Shown in pieces: positions 9,697-19,058 of a DNA stretch of 64,000 nucleotides. Under the pieces are notes generated by a model. That model did not search any database. It worked only from the letters and a program-made list of their open reading frames with translations, and was not told the DNA's origin. The DNA is taken from NCBI GenBank assembly GCA_964547225.1, contig CAZJMV010000212.1:16465-80464 (forward strand), written 5' to 3'. Origin of the DNA: an uncultured Anaerolineaceae bacterium (lineage in GTDB: Bacteria > Chloroflexota > Anaerolineae > Anaerolineales > UBA4823). Within the stretch, counting starts at the first letter, position 1, and each line of letters begins with the position of its first letter. The position numbers and the translations under genes were made by a program.

Positions 9697-10857
9697 TTAT
9701 GGGGTTGGTGTGACTGCTGTGACTGTATTCAACCAACTAAATACCCTTTGATTGTTAATCGCACCGGCTGGTTCCCATATCATCTTCCCATCTTCATCTG
9801 TACCAGCTTGACGGACAGGAACTACCCACCAGCGGATAATATGGGGGGTTCCGTCGTTAGGTAAGAAATCTCCCGGAACAATGAATTTCGTATCGGTTAC
9901 ATAATCAATATATTTTCTACCTGTGCCCTCTGTAATGTCTTCAATAGTGACCTCGTATGATTCGTTATCCCTTAATATGCCAACGGAAGCCCACTGCAAT
10001 GAGATAATATCATCCGCAAGGTTAAAGGAAGCCCCATCTGGTGGCATCAATAAATTTACAGGTGGATATGGTGGAGGAATAGTAGGCGTAGGACTTGGAC
10101 CTGGGGTTGCATCCCGACGACACAATGGGATGACTAACACCTGACCGAACCTGACCACGTCATTCACTAAGCCATTATATTCTCGAATTGCATCGGCTGG
10201 GACAGCATAATTCATGGAAATACTACCCAAGGTGTCATTTTCTTGAACTGTATATTCAATTTTCTGGCAAGCAGCTTCAGTTGCCTCTTGGGGGTTAAGT
10301 GTGGAAGTCGCTGGAGGTGTCGCCGTTGGTGTTGGGTAAGGTATCTTTAATTGCTGATTTTCATATAAAAATCCACAATCAGCAGGTAAATCATTAAGTA
10401 ATACAATGCTTTGAATGGCGACATCGAAGGAGAAGGCAATACTCCCACAAGTATCCCCCGGTTTAACAACATAAGTCATCGGCGTTGAGGACGGCAATGG
10501 TGTAAAAGTTGCTGTTGGGACAGCAGTTGTAGGACTAGGGGTTATGCTTGGAGTGAATGTCACCGTAGGTGATTGTGTAGGCTCAACAGCAGCGCTCGCC
10601 GTTTGATTCAATGCAAGATAAACAAGAATCGCCCCAATGGCTAAAAATATTGCAATCAGCCCCATCGCGGCTGGCAAACTAATTGTTATTTCAGGGATAC
10701 GACTACCTTGAACAACTTTTGATGAACGGTTAGCGTTTTCCGACTCAGTTCCCGACAGATCCGTACCACACACCAAACAACGATCAGCGTCTAAGCTAAC
10801 CTTCGTACCGCAGGTTGGACATATTTTTATTAGGTTCTTACTATTTTCAGTATTCAT
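9697..10857 (-). CDS. membrane-anchored protein: N-terminal zinc ribbon - TM - P/T-rich linkers - 2x LysM - C-terminal domain
   Basis: CPTCGTKVSLDADRCLVCG zinc ribbon and TM segment LPAAMGLIAIFLAIGAILVYLAL. LysM-like segments are YVVKPGDTCGSIAFSFDV...LLNDL and YTVQENDTLGSISMNYAVPADAIREYNGL. Confidence 0.8.
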   Translation of the reverse strand: MNTENSKNLIKICPTCGTKVSLDADRCLVCGTDLSGTESENANRSSKVVQGSRIPEITISLPAAMGLIAIFLAIGAILVYLALNQTASAAVEPTQSPTVTFTPSITPSPTTAVPTATFTPLPSSTPMTYVVKPGDTCGSIAFSFDVAIQSIVLLNDLPADCGFLYENQQLKIPYPTPTATPPATSTLNPQEATEAACQKIEYTVQENDTLGSISMNYAVPADAIREYNGLVNDVVRFGQVLVIPLCRRDATPGPSPTPTIPPPYPPVNLLMPPDGASFNLADDIISLQWASVGILRDNESYEVTIEDITEGTGRKYIDYVTDTKFIVPGDFLPNDGTPHIIRWWVVPVRQAGTDEDGKMIWEPAGAINNQRVFSWLNTVTAVTPTP

Positions 10858-11023
10858 AGCTCTCTCGTTTAACCGTATCAGATCATTTATAGAAACAGAC
10901 GGGTAAACAGCGTGGCGATTATACCAGTCTTCAAGAAAAGATAAAAGGGAAAAATAGCCTTCTTGACATTTATTATCACAGTAATCAATATTTCACTGAT
11001 AATGTTATACTGTTCTTATTATA

Positions 11024-12238
11024 ATGGAACCGATCAGTATTTACATTCATATTCCTTTTTGCCAACATCGTTGTGCCTATTGTGATTTTAACACGTATAT
11101 CAATATGTCATCCATCTATGATGATTATGTTTTAGCCCTTTGCTCAGAGATAAGTATCATCACAAGTCAATTATCAGAAAAACTAACCGCTAAAACCATC
11201 TATTTCGGGGGTGGAACTCCCACTCTTTTATCTTTTCAACAGTACCAAAGGGTTTTCAATTCTTTATATGATCATTTTTTAATCCCTTCAGATATAGAAA
11301 TCACGATCGAAGCAAATCCAGGAACTGTAAAAGAAGAATATCTTAAACGCTTACGAGAGCTAGGGATCAATCGAATAAGTTTCGGTGTACAGTCTGCAAT
11401 CAATCGAGAATTACAAATCTTAGAACGACAACATAATTATTTTGATGTGATCAACTGCATAAAGTGGGCTAGAAAAGCCGATTTTGAGAACATCAATCTA
11501 GATTTGATTTATGGTCTTCCGGATCAAACTATAGAAGATTGGAAGAGAAGCCTAGCCTTAGTGATTGGATTACACCCTCAACATATCTCTCTTTACAATC
11601 TCTCTATAGAAAAAGGGACACCATTTGGAAAGTGGCTATCAAAAGGATTACTCTCCATCCCAAACCCCGATATTGCAGCTGATATGTACGAATGGGCATC
11701 TGAATTTTTAGGAGAAGATGGTTTTTTACAATATGAGATTTCAAATTGGGGAAAAAGAATTTCCAAAAAAAAAGATCGGAATGAAAAACCTGTCGAGTGC
11801 AAACATAATCTACAATATTGGCTTAACCTAAACTATTTTGGATTTGGCGCTGGAGCACATAGCTATTTTGCGAATAATCGATCCGTGAATTATTTATCTC
11901 CTACTAAATATATAAAAGCTCTCCTTACAAACCCTCAAGTCGATAAAAATTTGGACTATCCATCCAGCCCGGTAACTGAATTTATAGAACTAATTGACCG
12001 AAAAACAGAAATTGGAGAAACGATGATGATGGGTTTACGGCTAACAGAGAGAGGCGTATCTAAGAGATCTTTCCAAAAACGTTTTAATCAATCAATAGAG
12101 GAAATATTTGGGAATAAAATTGATTTCTTTATTCAGATGAGTTTATTAGAATGGGGAGGACAAAATCGGGAAATCCTCAGATTAACGAAGAAAGGGCGTT
12201 TACTTGGTAATCAGGTTTTCGCTGAATTCTTATTATAA
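11024..12238 (+). CDS. hemW: radical SAM heme chaperone HemW (oxygen-independent coproporphyrinogen oxidase-like)
   Basis: 404 aa. YIHIPFCQHRCAYCDF (CxxxCxxC radical SAM), ..YFGGGTP.., and a HemN_C-like tail. Confidence 0.85.
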   Translation: MEPISIYIHIPFCQHRCAYCDFNTYINMSSIYDDYVLALCSEISIITSQLSEKLTAKTIYFGGGTPTLLSFQQYQRVFNSLYDHFLIPSDIEITIEANPGTVKEEYLKRLRELGINRISFGVQSAINRELQILERQHNYFDVINCIKWARKADFENINLDLIYGLPDQTIEDWKRSLALVIGLHPQHISLYNLSIEKGTPFGKWLSKGLLSIPNPDIAADMYEWASEFLGEDGFLQYEISNWGKRISKKKDRNEKPVECKHNLQYWLNLNYFGFGAGAHSYFANNRSVNYLSPTKYIKALLTNPQVDKNLDYPSSPVTEFIELIDRKTEIGETMMMGLRLTERGVSKRSFQKRFNQSIEEIFGNKIDFFIQMSLLEWGGQNREILRLTKKGRLLGNQVFAEFLL

Positions 12239-12241
12239 AAC

Positions 12242-13267
12242 TTAGCCTTCCCGATTTAGTAACATGTTTGCTAATTTTTTTAAAGCTACACCAGCGCTTC
12301 CTTGTGGCTGAACTTCATCCAAAATACCTAGAGCTTCTTGGGTCAATTCTTCCACCATCTGTGTAGTATATTGATAAGCACCTTCTGATTCAAGTAACTT
12401 GGTTAAGTGTGGAACATCTTGGGATGAAAAAGTTCTTTTACGCCAATAATCTGCAAATTCAGCATTTTTCTCTAAAGCAAATAACACGGGTAACGACTTT
12501 TTTCTGGAGAGCAAATCACTTTCATTTGATTTACCGGTCAATGTTTCATCCCCCCAAATACCCAAAAAATCATCTCGAACTTGAAAAGCTAATCCCAATA
12601 AATAACCAAAACGTTTATATTTACTTTGAATAGTCTCATCCACTAATGCGGTTAAAGCGCCAATCTGAGTACATGCTGCTAATAATGCAGCAGTTTTACC
12701 ACTGATCATTGGCCAATAAGCATCTAGTGATAGTTCATTGAGATCCTCGTAACTAATATCTAAAAATTGTCCCTTCGTAAGTTGAATGCTAGCGATTTGC
12801 AATACTCTTAACGCATGGATCACTACATCAGATGCAAAATATTGGTGTAAGTTTAATAAGCTAGATTGAGCTAAAGTGAACATCGTATCACCAGCGGTAA
12901 TCGCTTGGGCAGCTCCCCATTTCTTCCACACTGTTGGTCTACCCCTACGCAGGTCACTTTGGTCCTGAATATCATCATGGATCAATGAAAAATTATGCAA
13001 TAATTCAACAGAAGCCGCTGCCGGTAGTGCATGTTTCCATTCTCCTCCACAAGCAGCAGATGTTAACAAAAGAAAAAACGGTCTTAAGCGTTTCCCTCCA
13101 GCATCTGGTCCATATCCTTCTTCTATCCAACCCATATGATACGCAAGCATTTCTTCTAGCCCTTCCGACTCTTGATCGTGAATGCTTTTTACTGTTTTCT
13201 TTAATTCAGCTTCAATCGAAGAAGCCATTTCTTCAGGAAGTAATACTTGAACCAAAACGACCTCCAA
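12242..13267 (-). CDS. polyprenyl (geranylgeranyl/longer) diphosphate synthase
   Basis: First and second aspartate-rich motifs: LIHDDIQDQSDLRRG and FQVRDDFLGIWG. An alternative start lies at M14 (13228). Its stop is only 3 bp from the convergent hemW stop. Confidence 0.85.
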   Translation of the reverse strand: MEVVLVQVLLPEEMASSIEAELKKTVKSIHDQESEGLEEMLAYHMGWIEEGYGPDAGGKRLRPFFLLLTSAACGGEWKHALPAAASVELLHNFSLIHDDIQDQSDLRRGRPTVWKKWGAAQAITAGDTMFTLAQSSLLNLHQYFASDVVIHALRVLQIASIQLTKGQFLDISYEDLNELSLDAYWPMISGKTAALLAACTQIGALTALVDETIQSKYKRFGYLLGLAFQVRDDFLGIWGDETLTGKSNESDLLSRKKSLPVLFALEKNAEFADYWRKRTFSSQDVPHLTKLLESEGAYQYTTQMVEELTQEALGILDEVQPQGSAGVALKKLANMLLNREG

Positions 13268-13299
13268 GGTATGAGTTATAAGAAATAATTAGTATCCCA

Positions 13300-14325
13300 T
13301 CATGAATCCAATTTTACTCGAGTTAATGTGTAAAGATCGCCAACACCAGCCACAAACATACAGACTCTCAATTCCTGTTGGATTTGCTTAATAAATTCTA
13401 TCGTTTCCACCAAACCAAGATTAGCTTTCTTCAAAAAAGGCGAAGCCATGCCTCCCATTTTTGCGCCTAAAGCGATCGATTTTGCAATATCTACGCCTGT
13501 TTGAATCCCCCCAGATGCAAAGATCAATAAGTCTGGATTAACTCTTTTCACATTTAATATCGCTTCTGCAGTGGAAATCCCCCAATCCGAAAATGCAGCT
13601 GCTAAATGTGCTTGACTCTCAGTTTTTGCTCGGTACATTTCCACTTTTGACCAGGATGTTCCACCTGCTCCAGCAACATCAAAAATATTAATTCCTACTT
13701 CTGATAAAGCTTTGATATCTGTTTCAGAAAATCCCCAACCAACCTCTTTGGCAATTATTGGAACTGGTAATTTCTTACACAATAATTCGATCTTGTTTAA
13801 TAGACCTGCAAAACGAGTTTGACCATCGGGTTGAAGCGCTTCCTGCAATGGGTTGAAATGTAAAATCAAAGCATCAGCTTCGACCATATCTACAGCTTTT
13901 AGGCATTCTTCTAATCCGAAGCCATAGTTAAGCTGTACGACTCCTAAGTTTGCGAAACAAAGCACATCTGGCGCTTCTTTACGAATCTGAAATGTACCTA
14001 CTAGATTCGGTTGCTCCAATGCAGCTCTTTGAGAACCCACTCCCAGAGCAATCTTTGTTTCCTGCGCTGCTTGAGCCAAAGTGCGATTGATTTTCTGCGC
14101 TTCTTTTACGCCACCTGTCATAGATGATATGATCAAAGGTGCGTTTAATTCTTTTCCTAAAAAAGAGAGAGAAATATCAATGTCATCAAGATTTAACTCG
14201 GGAACAGCGCGATGAATGAATCGATAATTCTCTAGACCAGTTGATCGTTCGGAACGGACATCTTTTTCTAAATTGATCCGAATATGGTCTGATTTTCTAG
14301 AACTGATTTGCGTAACTTTTGACAT
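13300..14325 (-). CDS. fni: isopentenyl-diphosphate delta-isomerase, type 2 (FMN-dependent)
   Basis: 341 aa TIM-barrel. ...SSMTGG..., ..AKEVGWG.., ...ASGGI..G.D.AK..ALGA match type 2 IDI patterns. It is adjacent to the prenyl synthase. Confidence 0.9.
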   Translation of the reverse strand: MSKVTQISSRKSDHIRINLEKDVRSERSTGLENYRFIHRAVPELNLDDIDISLSFLGKELNAPLIISSMTGGVKEAQKINRTLAQAAQETKIALGVGSQRAALEQPNLVGTFQIRKEAPDVLCFANLGVVQLNYGFGLEECLKAVDMVEADALILHFNPLQEALQPDGQTRFAGLLNKIELLCKKLPVPIIAKEVGWGFSETDIKALSEVGINIFDVAGAGGTSWSKVEMYRAKTESQAHLAAAFSDWGISTAEAILNVKRVNPDLLIFASGGIQTGVDIAKSIALGAKMGGMASPFLKKANLGLVETIEFIKQIQQELRVCMFVAGVGDLYTLTRVKLDS

Positions 14326-14475
14326 TGATCGGTGTTCCTTTTGACAAAGTTATCTTACCAGTCTGAGATTTTGCTGTCAATTATCTAATCTTTGAAAACA
14401 AGAATAATATTTTCGATAAGATAAGAAAAAATATTCGGAGTAACAGACTCTGTTGATAATAAAGAAATAGCGTAC

Positions 14476-14503
14476 TTGACAGATTGGATTAGAATATTAC
14501 AAT
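14476..14503 (+). promoter_or_regulatory. sigma70-type promoter for acpP (TTGACA -16 nt- TACAAT)
   Basis: TTGACA at 14476-14481 and TACAAT at 14498-14503, 44 nt upstream of the acpP ATG, which is preceded by AGGAGG. Confidence 0.5.
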
Positions 14504-14546
14504 TACATCAATAATTAATCAATCTAATTAATCAGGAGGATGATGA

Positions 14547-14792
14547 ATGGCTGATACATTTGAAGAAATTAAAGAGGTCATTATCGATCTGCTCGGCGTT
14601 GACGAGAATCAAATTGTACTCGAAGCTCGTTTCCGGGAAGATTTAGAGGCTGACTCACTGGATCTTGTTGAATTGATCATGGCGTTTGAAGATAAATTTG
14701 GCGGTGAAATTTCCGATGATGACGCACAGAAAATTACCACCGTAGGAGAAGCTGTTGCTTACGTCGAAGATAGAATGAAAGTTGGGGAGTAA
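14547..14792 (+). CDS. acpP: acyl carrier protein
   Basis: 81 aa. It carries the phosphopantetheine-attachment motif [17 protein letters not shown]. Confidence 0.9.
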   Translation: MADTFEEIKEVIIDLLGVDENQIVLEARFREDLEADSLDLVELIMAFEDKFGGEISDDDAQKITTVGEAVAYVEDRMKVGE

Positions 14793-14832
14793 TTTCTAAT
14801 TCTTAATATAGAATACTCTTTATCAAAAAAAC

Positions 14833-14887
14833 TCAGGAGAAATACACAATCGCCTTCCGCAAATGGTTTTCTCCTGATTATTTTTTC
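14833..14887. terminator. bidirectional hairpin terminator between convergent acpP and sucD
   Basis: TCAGGAGAAA (14833-14842) pairs with TTTCTCCTGA (14868-14877). The loop is about 25 nt; an A-run lies upstream and TTATTTTTTC downstream. Confidence 0.6.
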
Positions 14888-14900
14888 TTGAAAAAGAACA

Positions 14901-15764
14901 CTATCTTAGAAGGTTTGGTATTTCTTCAGGAAAATTAGCTACTTGAACACCAACTTTTTGTAAAGCTGTGATCTTATCATTAGCTGTTCCTGCACCGCCT
15001 TCTATGATAGCGCCCGCATGTCCCATTCGCTTACCGGGGGGAGCGGTTTGACCTGCAATGAATCCAACGACTGGCTTCGTCATCGAGCTATCAATAAACT
15101 TGGCAGCTCTCTCTTCATCAGTACCACCGATTTCACCTATTAAAACAATCTTCTCTGTTAGTGGATCTCCTTCAAAAAGAGATAAAGCATCGATAAAATT
15201 CGTCCCATTCACAGGATCACCACCAATACCGACACATGTCGAAACGCCGATCTTTTCTTGCATAAGTGCATATAACACTTCATATGTCAAAGTCCCTGAT
15301 CGCGATACAACACCGATATGTCCTGGAAAAGAAATATCACCAGGAATGATCCCAACTTTAGCCTCACCTGGGGTGAGAAGCCCTGGGCAGTTTGGACCCA
15401 CAAGACGAACTTGATGTTGATCGAGATAGCTATGTACTTGCATCATATCTTTGACTGGAATTCCCTCCGTAACACAAACAATCAATTCAACTCCAGCATC
15501 AGCAGCTTCATAAATAGCATCGGGTGCAAATCTAGCAGGGACAAAAATTACGCTAGTGTTTGCGCCAGTCGCTTCTACTGCGATATGCACAGAATCAAAG
15601 ACGGGTATCTTTCCATCCAATACCCAATCTCCTCCTTTTCCTGGAGTGACACCTGCAACTACATTTGTACCGTAGGCAACCATTTGTTCAGTATGAAAAA
15701 GACCTTCATTACCAGTAATACCTTGCACAAGCAAGCGAGTGTTTTTATTAACAAGTATGCTCAT
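14901..15764 (-). CDS. sucD: succinyl-CoA synthetase subunit alpha
   Basis: 287 aa. QGITG..G..H, ...SRSGTLTYE..., GHAGAII (catalytic His region). Confidence 0.95.
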   Translation of the reverse strand: MSILVNKNTRLLVQGITGNEGLFHTEQMVAYGTNVVAGVTPGKGGDWVLDGKIPVFDSVHIAVEATGANTSVIFVPARFAPDAIYEAADAGVELIVCVTEGIPVKDMMQVHSYLDQHQVRLVGPNCPGLLTPGEAKVGIIPGDISFPGHIGVVSRSGTLTYEVLYALMQEKIGVSTCVGIGGDPVNGTNFIDALSLFEGDPLTEKIVLIGEIGGTDEERAAKFIDSSMTKPVVGFIAGQTAPPGKRMGHAGAIIEGGAGTANDKITALQKVGVQVANFPEEIPNLLR

Positions 15765-15768
15765 TCAG

Positions 15769-16905
15769 TTAGCCTCCGTTTGCAATAGCAACTGCTTTTT
15801 GGGCTGCGTCAGATAAAGTATCTGCAGTAATCATATTCGCATCATGGAGAATTTGTTTTCCCACATCAGCATTAGTCCCGACGAGACGTACGACCATGGG
15901 TACATCCGTTTTTATATCTGCAATGGCATCAAGAATTCCACGTGCAACTTCGTCACATCGGGTTATCCCTCCGAAGATATTAAATAATATCGCTTGAACA
16001 TTCTTATCTTGTAAGATGATACGTAATGCAGCAGAGACCTTTTCAGAACTCGCTCCTCCACCAATGTCGAGGAAATTCGCAGGTTCCCCACCAAAGATTT
16101 TAATAATATCCATTGTCGACATAGCAAGACCAGCGCCATTCACCATACAACCAATATTTCCATCTAACTTAATATACGAAAGACCGTATCTACGGGCTTC
16201 CACTTCTGATGGTTCTTCAGCATCCAAATCTCTCAAATCGGTAATATCTTGCTGACGGAAGAGTGCATTGTCATCAATGAGCATTTTCCCGTCAACAGCG
16301 ATCAATTTATCATTTGAAGTAATCACCAACGGATTGATTTCTGCCAAAGTTGCATCACTATCCCGAAAAGCATGCCACAATCCTCTAGCAACTGTAACAA
16401 ACGATCTCCAATGTTCACGAGGTAGATCGATTCCAGCAGCAGTATCGCGTGCTTGATAATCCCGCAGCCCCAGCAAAGGGTCAATATGAACACGAGTGAT
16501 TTTCTCAGGTGAGACCCTCGCTACTTCTTCAATATCAACACCTCCTGCGGATGATGCCATCAAAACTGGTTTGCGTGCTACTCTATCGTTGGTAATTCCA
16601 AGATATATTTCACTATCTATATCAGCAGCTTCATCCACCAAGACTTTTCTAACGGGTAAACCTTTTATTTCCATAGCCAAGATATGGGAAGCCATCTCAG
16701 CAGCCTGTTCAGGTGTTTTAGCTAGTCGAATTCCGCCAGCTTTTCCTCTACCACCAACAAGCACCTGCGATTTAATCACGACACGTGTTGCTAGCTCTTT
16801 GGCGATATGTTTTGCCTGATCAGCAGTTTCAGCTATACGACCTTTGGGAATTGGAATTTCATATTTTGCAAAAATTTGCTTCGATTGATATTCATGAAGT
16901 TTCAT
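15769..16905 (-). CDS. sucC: succinyl-CoA synthetase subunit beta
   Basis: 378 aa. [18 protein letters not shown], an ATP-grasp domain, and ...[13 protein letters not shown]. Confidence 0.95.
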   Translation of the reverse strand: MKLHEYQSKQIFAKYEIPIPKGRIAETADQAKHIAKELATRVVIKSQVLVGGRGKAGGIRLAKTPEQAAEMASHILAMEIKGLPVRKVLVDEAADIDSEIYLGITNDRVARKPVLMASSAGGVDIEEVARVSPEKITRVHIDPLLGLRDYQARDTAAGIDLPREHWRSFVTVARGLWHAFRDSDATLAEINPLVITSNDKLIAVDGKMLIDDNALFRQQDITDLRDLDAEEPSEVEARRYGLSYIKLDGNIGCMVNGAGLAMSTMDIIKIFGGEPANFLDIGGGASSEKVSAALRIILQDKNVQAILFNIFGGITRCDEVARGILDAIADIKTDVPMVVRLVGTNADVGKQILHDANMITADTLSDAAQKAVAIANGG

Positions 16906-17061
16906 GCCTAGAAATCTCCCTTATAATCCAATAAATGATGCGCCACAAACAGATTATACCATGTGAAAAATTCTTAAATCAAAAAAATATGCTTTTCACG
17001 CTATTAATGAATGCACCCCATATAGTATTATCGGGGTGTACGAAAGTCTGGTTTAAAAATT

Positions 17062-17135
17062 TGGCTGGGGATCGAGGATTCGAACCTCGACGTACGGTTC
17101 CAGAGACCGCTGTCCTACCATTAGACGAATCCCCA
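17062..17135 (-). tRNA. tRNA-Gln: tRNA-Gln (anticodon CUG), CCA encoded
   Basis: Minus-strand read: TGGGGAT TC GTC TAATGGTA GGAC A GCGGT CTCTGGA ACCGT ACGT CGAGG TTCGAAT CCTCG ATCCCCA G CCA. The acceptor stem is 7 bp with U1-A72 as in bacterial tRNA-Gln. The T-loop is TTCGAAT and the anticodon loop is CU-CUG-GA. Confidence 0.9.
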
Positions 17136-17308
17136 GCAATCACTAAGAATTTTACCATGGATAACTATTGACGTCAAATTGACGTTATAATAGAGTTGGC
17201 TATTTATATCCAATCATTTATTCCATACGCTAAGAAGCAATCTTAGATTAATAGAATAGTTTACATGAAATTTTACTGAATGTAGAAAGTGAGGAAAATA
17301 TCAAAGCA

Positions 17309-18997
17309 ATGATTAACAAGGAAAATAAACCCTCGAAAGATTTTATTAGAGAAATTATTGAAGAGGATATCCAAACTGGAAAATTTGATGGTCGTGTACA
17401 TACACGCTTTCCACCAGAACCAAATGGCTATTTACATATTGGACATGCAAAATCGATCATTCTTAACTTCGGTGTAGCTGATGAATTCGGTGGATTAACT
17501 AACCTTCGGTTTGATGACACCAATCCAATCAAAGAAGAAGAAGAATATGTTCAATCAATCATGGATAACATCAGGTGGCTTGGTTTCGATTGGGAAGAAC
17601 GATTATTTTTTGCATCGGATTATTTTGACCAATTATACGAATATGCCATTATATTAATCAAAAAAGGGAAAGCATATGTAGATGATTTAAGCGCTGAAGA
17701 AATTAGAGAATATCGTGGTACCTTAACTAAACCCGGAAAGAACAGCCCCTATCGCGATAGATCCATTGAAGAAAATTTTGATTTATTTGAAAGGATGAAG
17801 AAGGGAGAGTTTCCAGATGGTTCACGCGTTCTGCGAGCAAAAATCGATATGTCATCCGGAAACCTTAACATGCGTGACCCTGTTCTCTACCGAATACTAC
17901 ATGCAACCCACCATCGGACAGGTGACAAGTGGTGCATATACCCAATGTATGATTTTGCGCATGGTCAAAGCGATTCAATAGAGAAAATTACACATTCCTT
18001 ATGTACGCTTGAATTTCAAGACCATCGTCCTCTTTATGATTGGTTTCTTGATGAACTAGAAATATATCATCCTCAACAAATTGAATTTGCACGCGGAAAT
18101 TTAAATTATACCGTCATGAGCAAACGGTATCTTCTGAAACTTGTCGAGGAAGGTTACGTTTCCGGATGGGATGATCCAAGAATGCCAACCATATCTGGCT
18201 TACGACGTCGAGGGTATACACCAGAATCAATTCGCACTTTCTGGGAGACCATTGGAGTAGCCAGAAATGATAGTGTAATTGATATCGCATTACTTGAGTA
18301 TCATATCCGGCAAGATCTCAATATCAGAGCGCCAAGGAAAATGGCTGTACTTGATCCAGTCAAAGTCGTATTGGTCAACTATCCAGAAGACCAGGAAGAA
18401 ATGATCGAGGCAGTCAACAATCCCGAGGACGAAAGCGCTGGTACCAGGAAAGTACCTTTTACACGTGAATTGTATATCGAAAGAGACGACTTCATAGAAG
18501 ATCCACCAAAGAAATTCTATCGTCTCTCGCCTGGACGTGAAGTACGTTTACGGTATGCCTATTACGTTAAATGCGTTGATGTCGTAAAGGATGAAAGCGG
18601 AATTATTACAGAAATTCATTGCACTTTTGATCCGGAAACAAAAGGCGGCTATGCCCCCGATGGTCGAAAAGTTCAAGCGACACTTCATTGGGTATCTACG
18701 AAACATGCTTGCAAAGCTGAAATTAGATTATTTGATCGACTTTTTAATAAAGAGAATCCTTATGAAGTTGATCAAGGACAGGATTTTACAGCTAACTTAA
18801 ATCCAAACTCACTAAATGTTCTAACAAATTGCTATCTTGAACCTAGCCTAGCGAATGCTAAACCAGGCGAGTTTTTCCAATTTGAACGATTGGGATATTT
18901 CTGTGTTGATCCTGATACAGAAAAAGAAAACCTGGTTTTTAACCGAACAGTTTCTCTGCGCGATACATGGGCAAAGGTCAAGAATAAGAATCAATGA
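17309..18997 (+). CDS. glnS: glutaminyl-tRNA synthetase
   Basis: 562 aa. HIGH-type motif ([14 protein letters not shown]), VMSKR (KMSKS-type) and the C-terminal beta-barrel anticodon-binding domains typical of GlnRS (...[10 protein letters not shown]). Confidence 0.93.
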   Translation: MINKENKPSKDFIREIIEEDIQTGKFDGRVHTRFPPEPNGYLHIGHAKSIILNFGVADEFGGLTNLRFDDTNPIKEEEEYVQSIMDNIRWLGFDWEERLFFASDYFDQLYEYAIILIKKGKAYVDDLSAEEIREYRGTLTKPGKNSPYRDRSIEENFDLFERMKKGEFPDGSRVLRAKIDMSSGNLNMRDPVLYRILHATHHRTGDKWCIYPMYDFAHGQSDSIEKITHSLCTLEFQDHRPLYDWFLDELEIYHPQQIEFARGNLNYTVMSKRYLLKLVEEGYVSGWDDPRMPTISGLRRRGYTPESIRTFWETIGVARNDSVIDIALLEYHIRQDLNIRAPRKMAVLDPVKVVLVNYPEDQEEMIEAVNNPEDESAGTRKVPFTRELYIERDDFIEDPPKKFYRLSPGREVRLRYAYYVKCVDVVKDESGIITEIHCTFDPETKGGYAPDGRKVQATLHWVSTKHACKAEIRLFDRLFNKENPYEVDQGQDFTANLNPNSLNVLTNCYLEPSLANAKPGEFFQFERLGYFCVDPDTEKENLVFNRTVSLRDTWAKVKNKNQ

Positions 18998-19010
18998 TCT
19001 GAATAAATTT

Positions 19011-19044
19011 GAGGGTGTGTGTGGAAATCATCAAACACACCCTC
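19011..19044. terminator. hairpin between convergent glnS and gltX (weak U-tract)
   Basis: GAGGGTGTGT (19011-19020) pairs with ACACACCCTC (19035-19044): a 10-bp perfect stem with a 14-nt loop. Only short T/A runs flank it. Confidence 0.4.
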
Positions 19045-19058
19045 TTGCCAACTACAAA

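Noticed and set aside
15058-15788. Plus-strand ORFs of 118 and 156 aa antisense to sucD
   Set aside because: They are shadow ORFs opposite a highly conserved gene, with odd composition (S/P/I-rich) and no SD. Similar shadow or alternative-frame ORFs were also rejected: 16016..16819, 22252..22527, 25801..26151, 27709..28320, 35335..35709, 36120..37091, 37929..38267, 47187..47555 and 52908..53198.
16935-17171. 78-aa plus-strand ORF
   Set aside because: It runs antisense through tRNA-Gln (17062-17135). The conserved-looking part (GDRGFEPRRTVPETAVLPLDESP) is just the translated tRNA complement.
17192-17308. T-box leader upstream of glnS
   Set aside because: No T-box sequence (AGGGUGGNACCGCG-like), no specifier-loop architecture and no terminator/antiterminator pair. 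There is only a short CTAAGA/TCTTAG hairpin.
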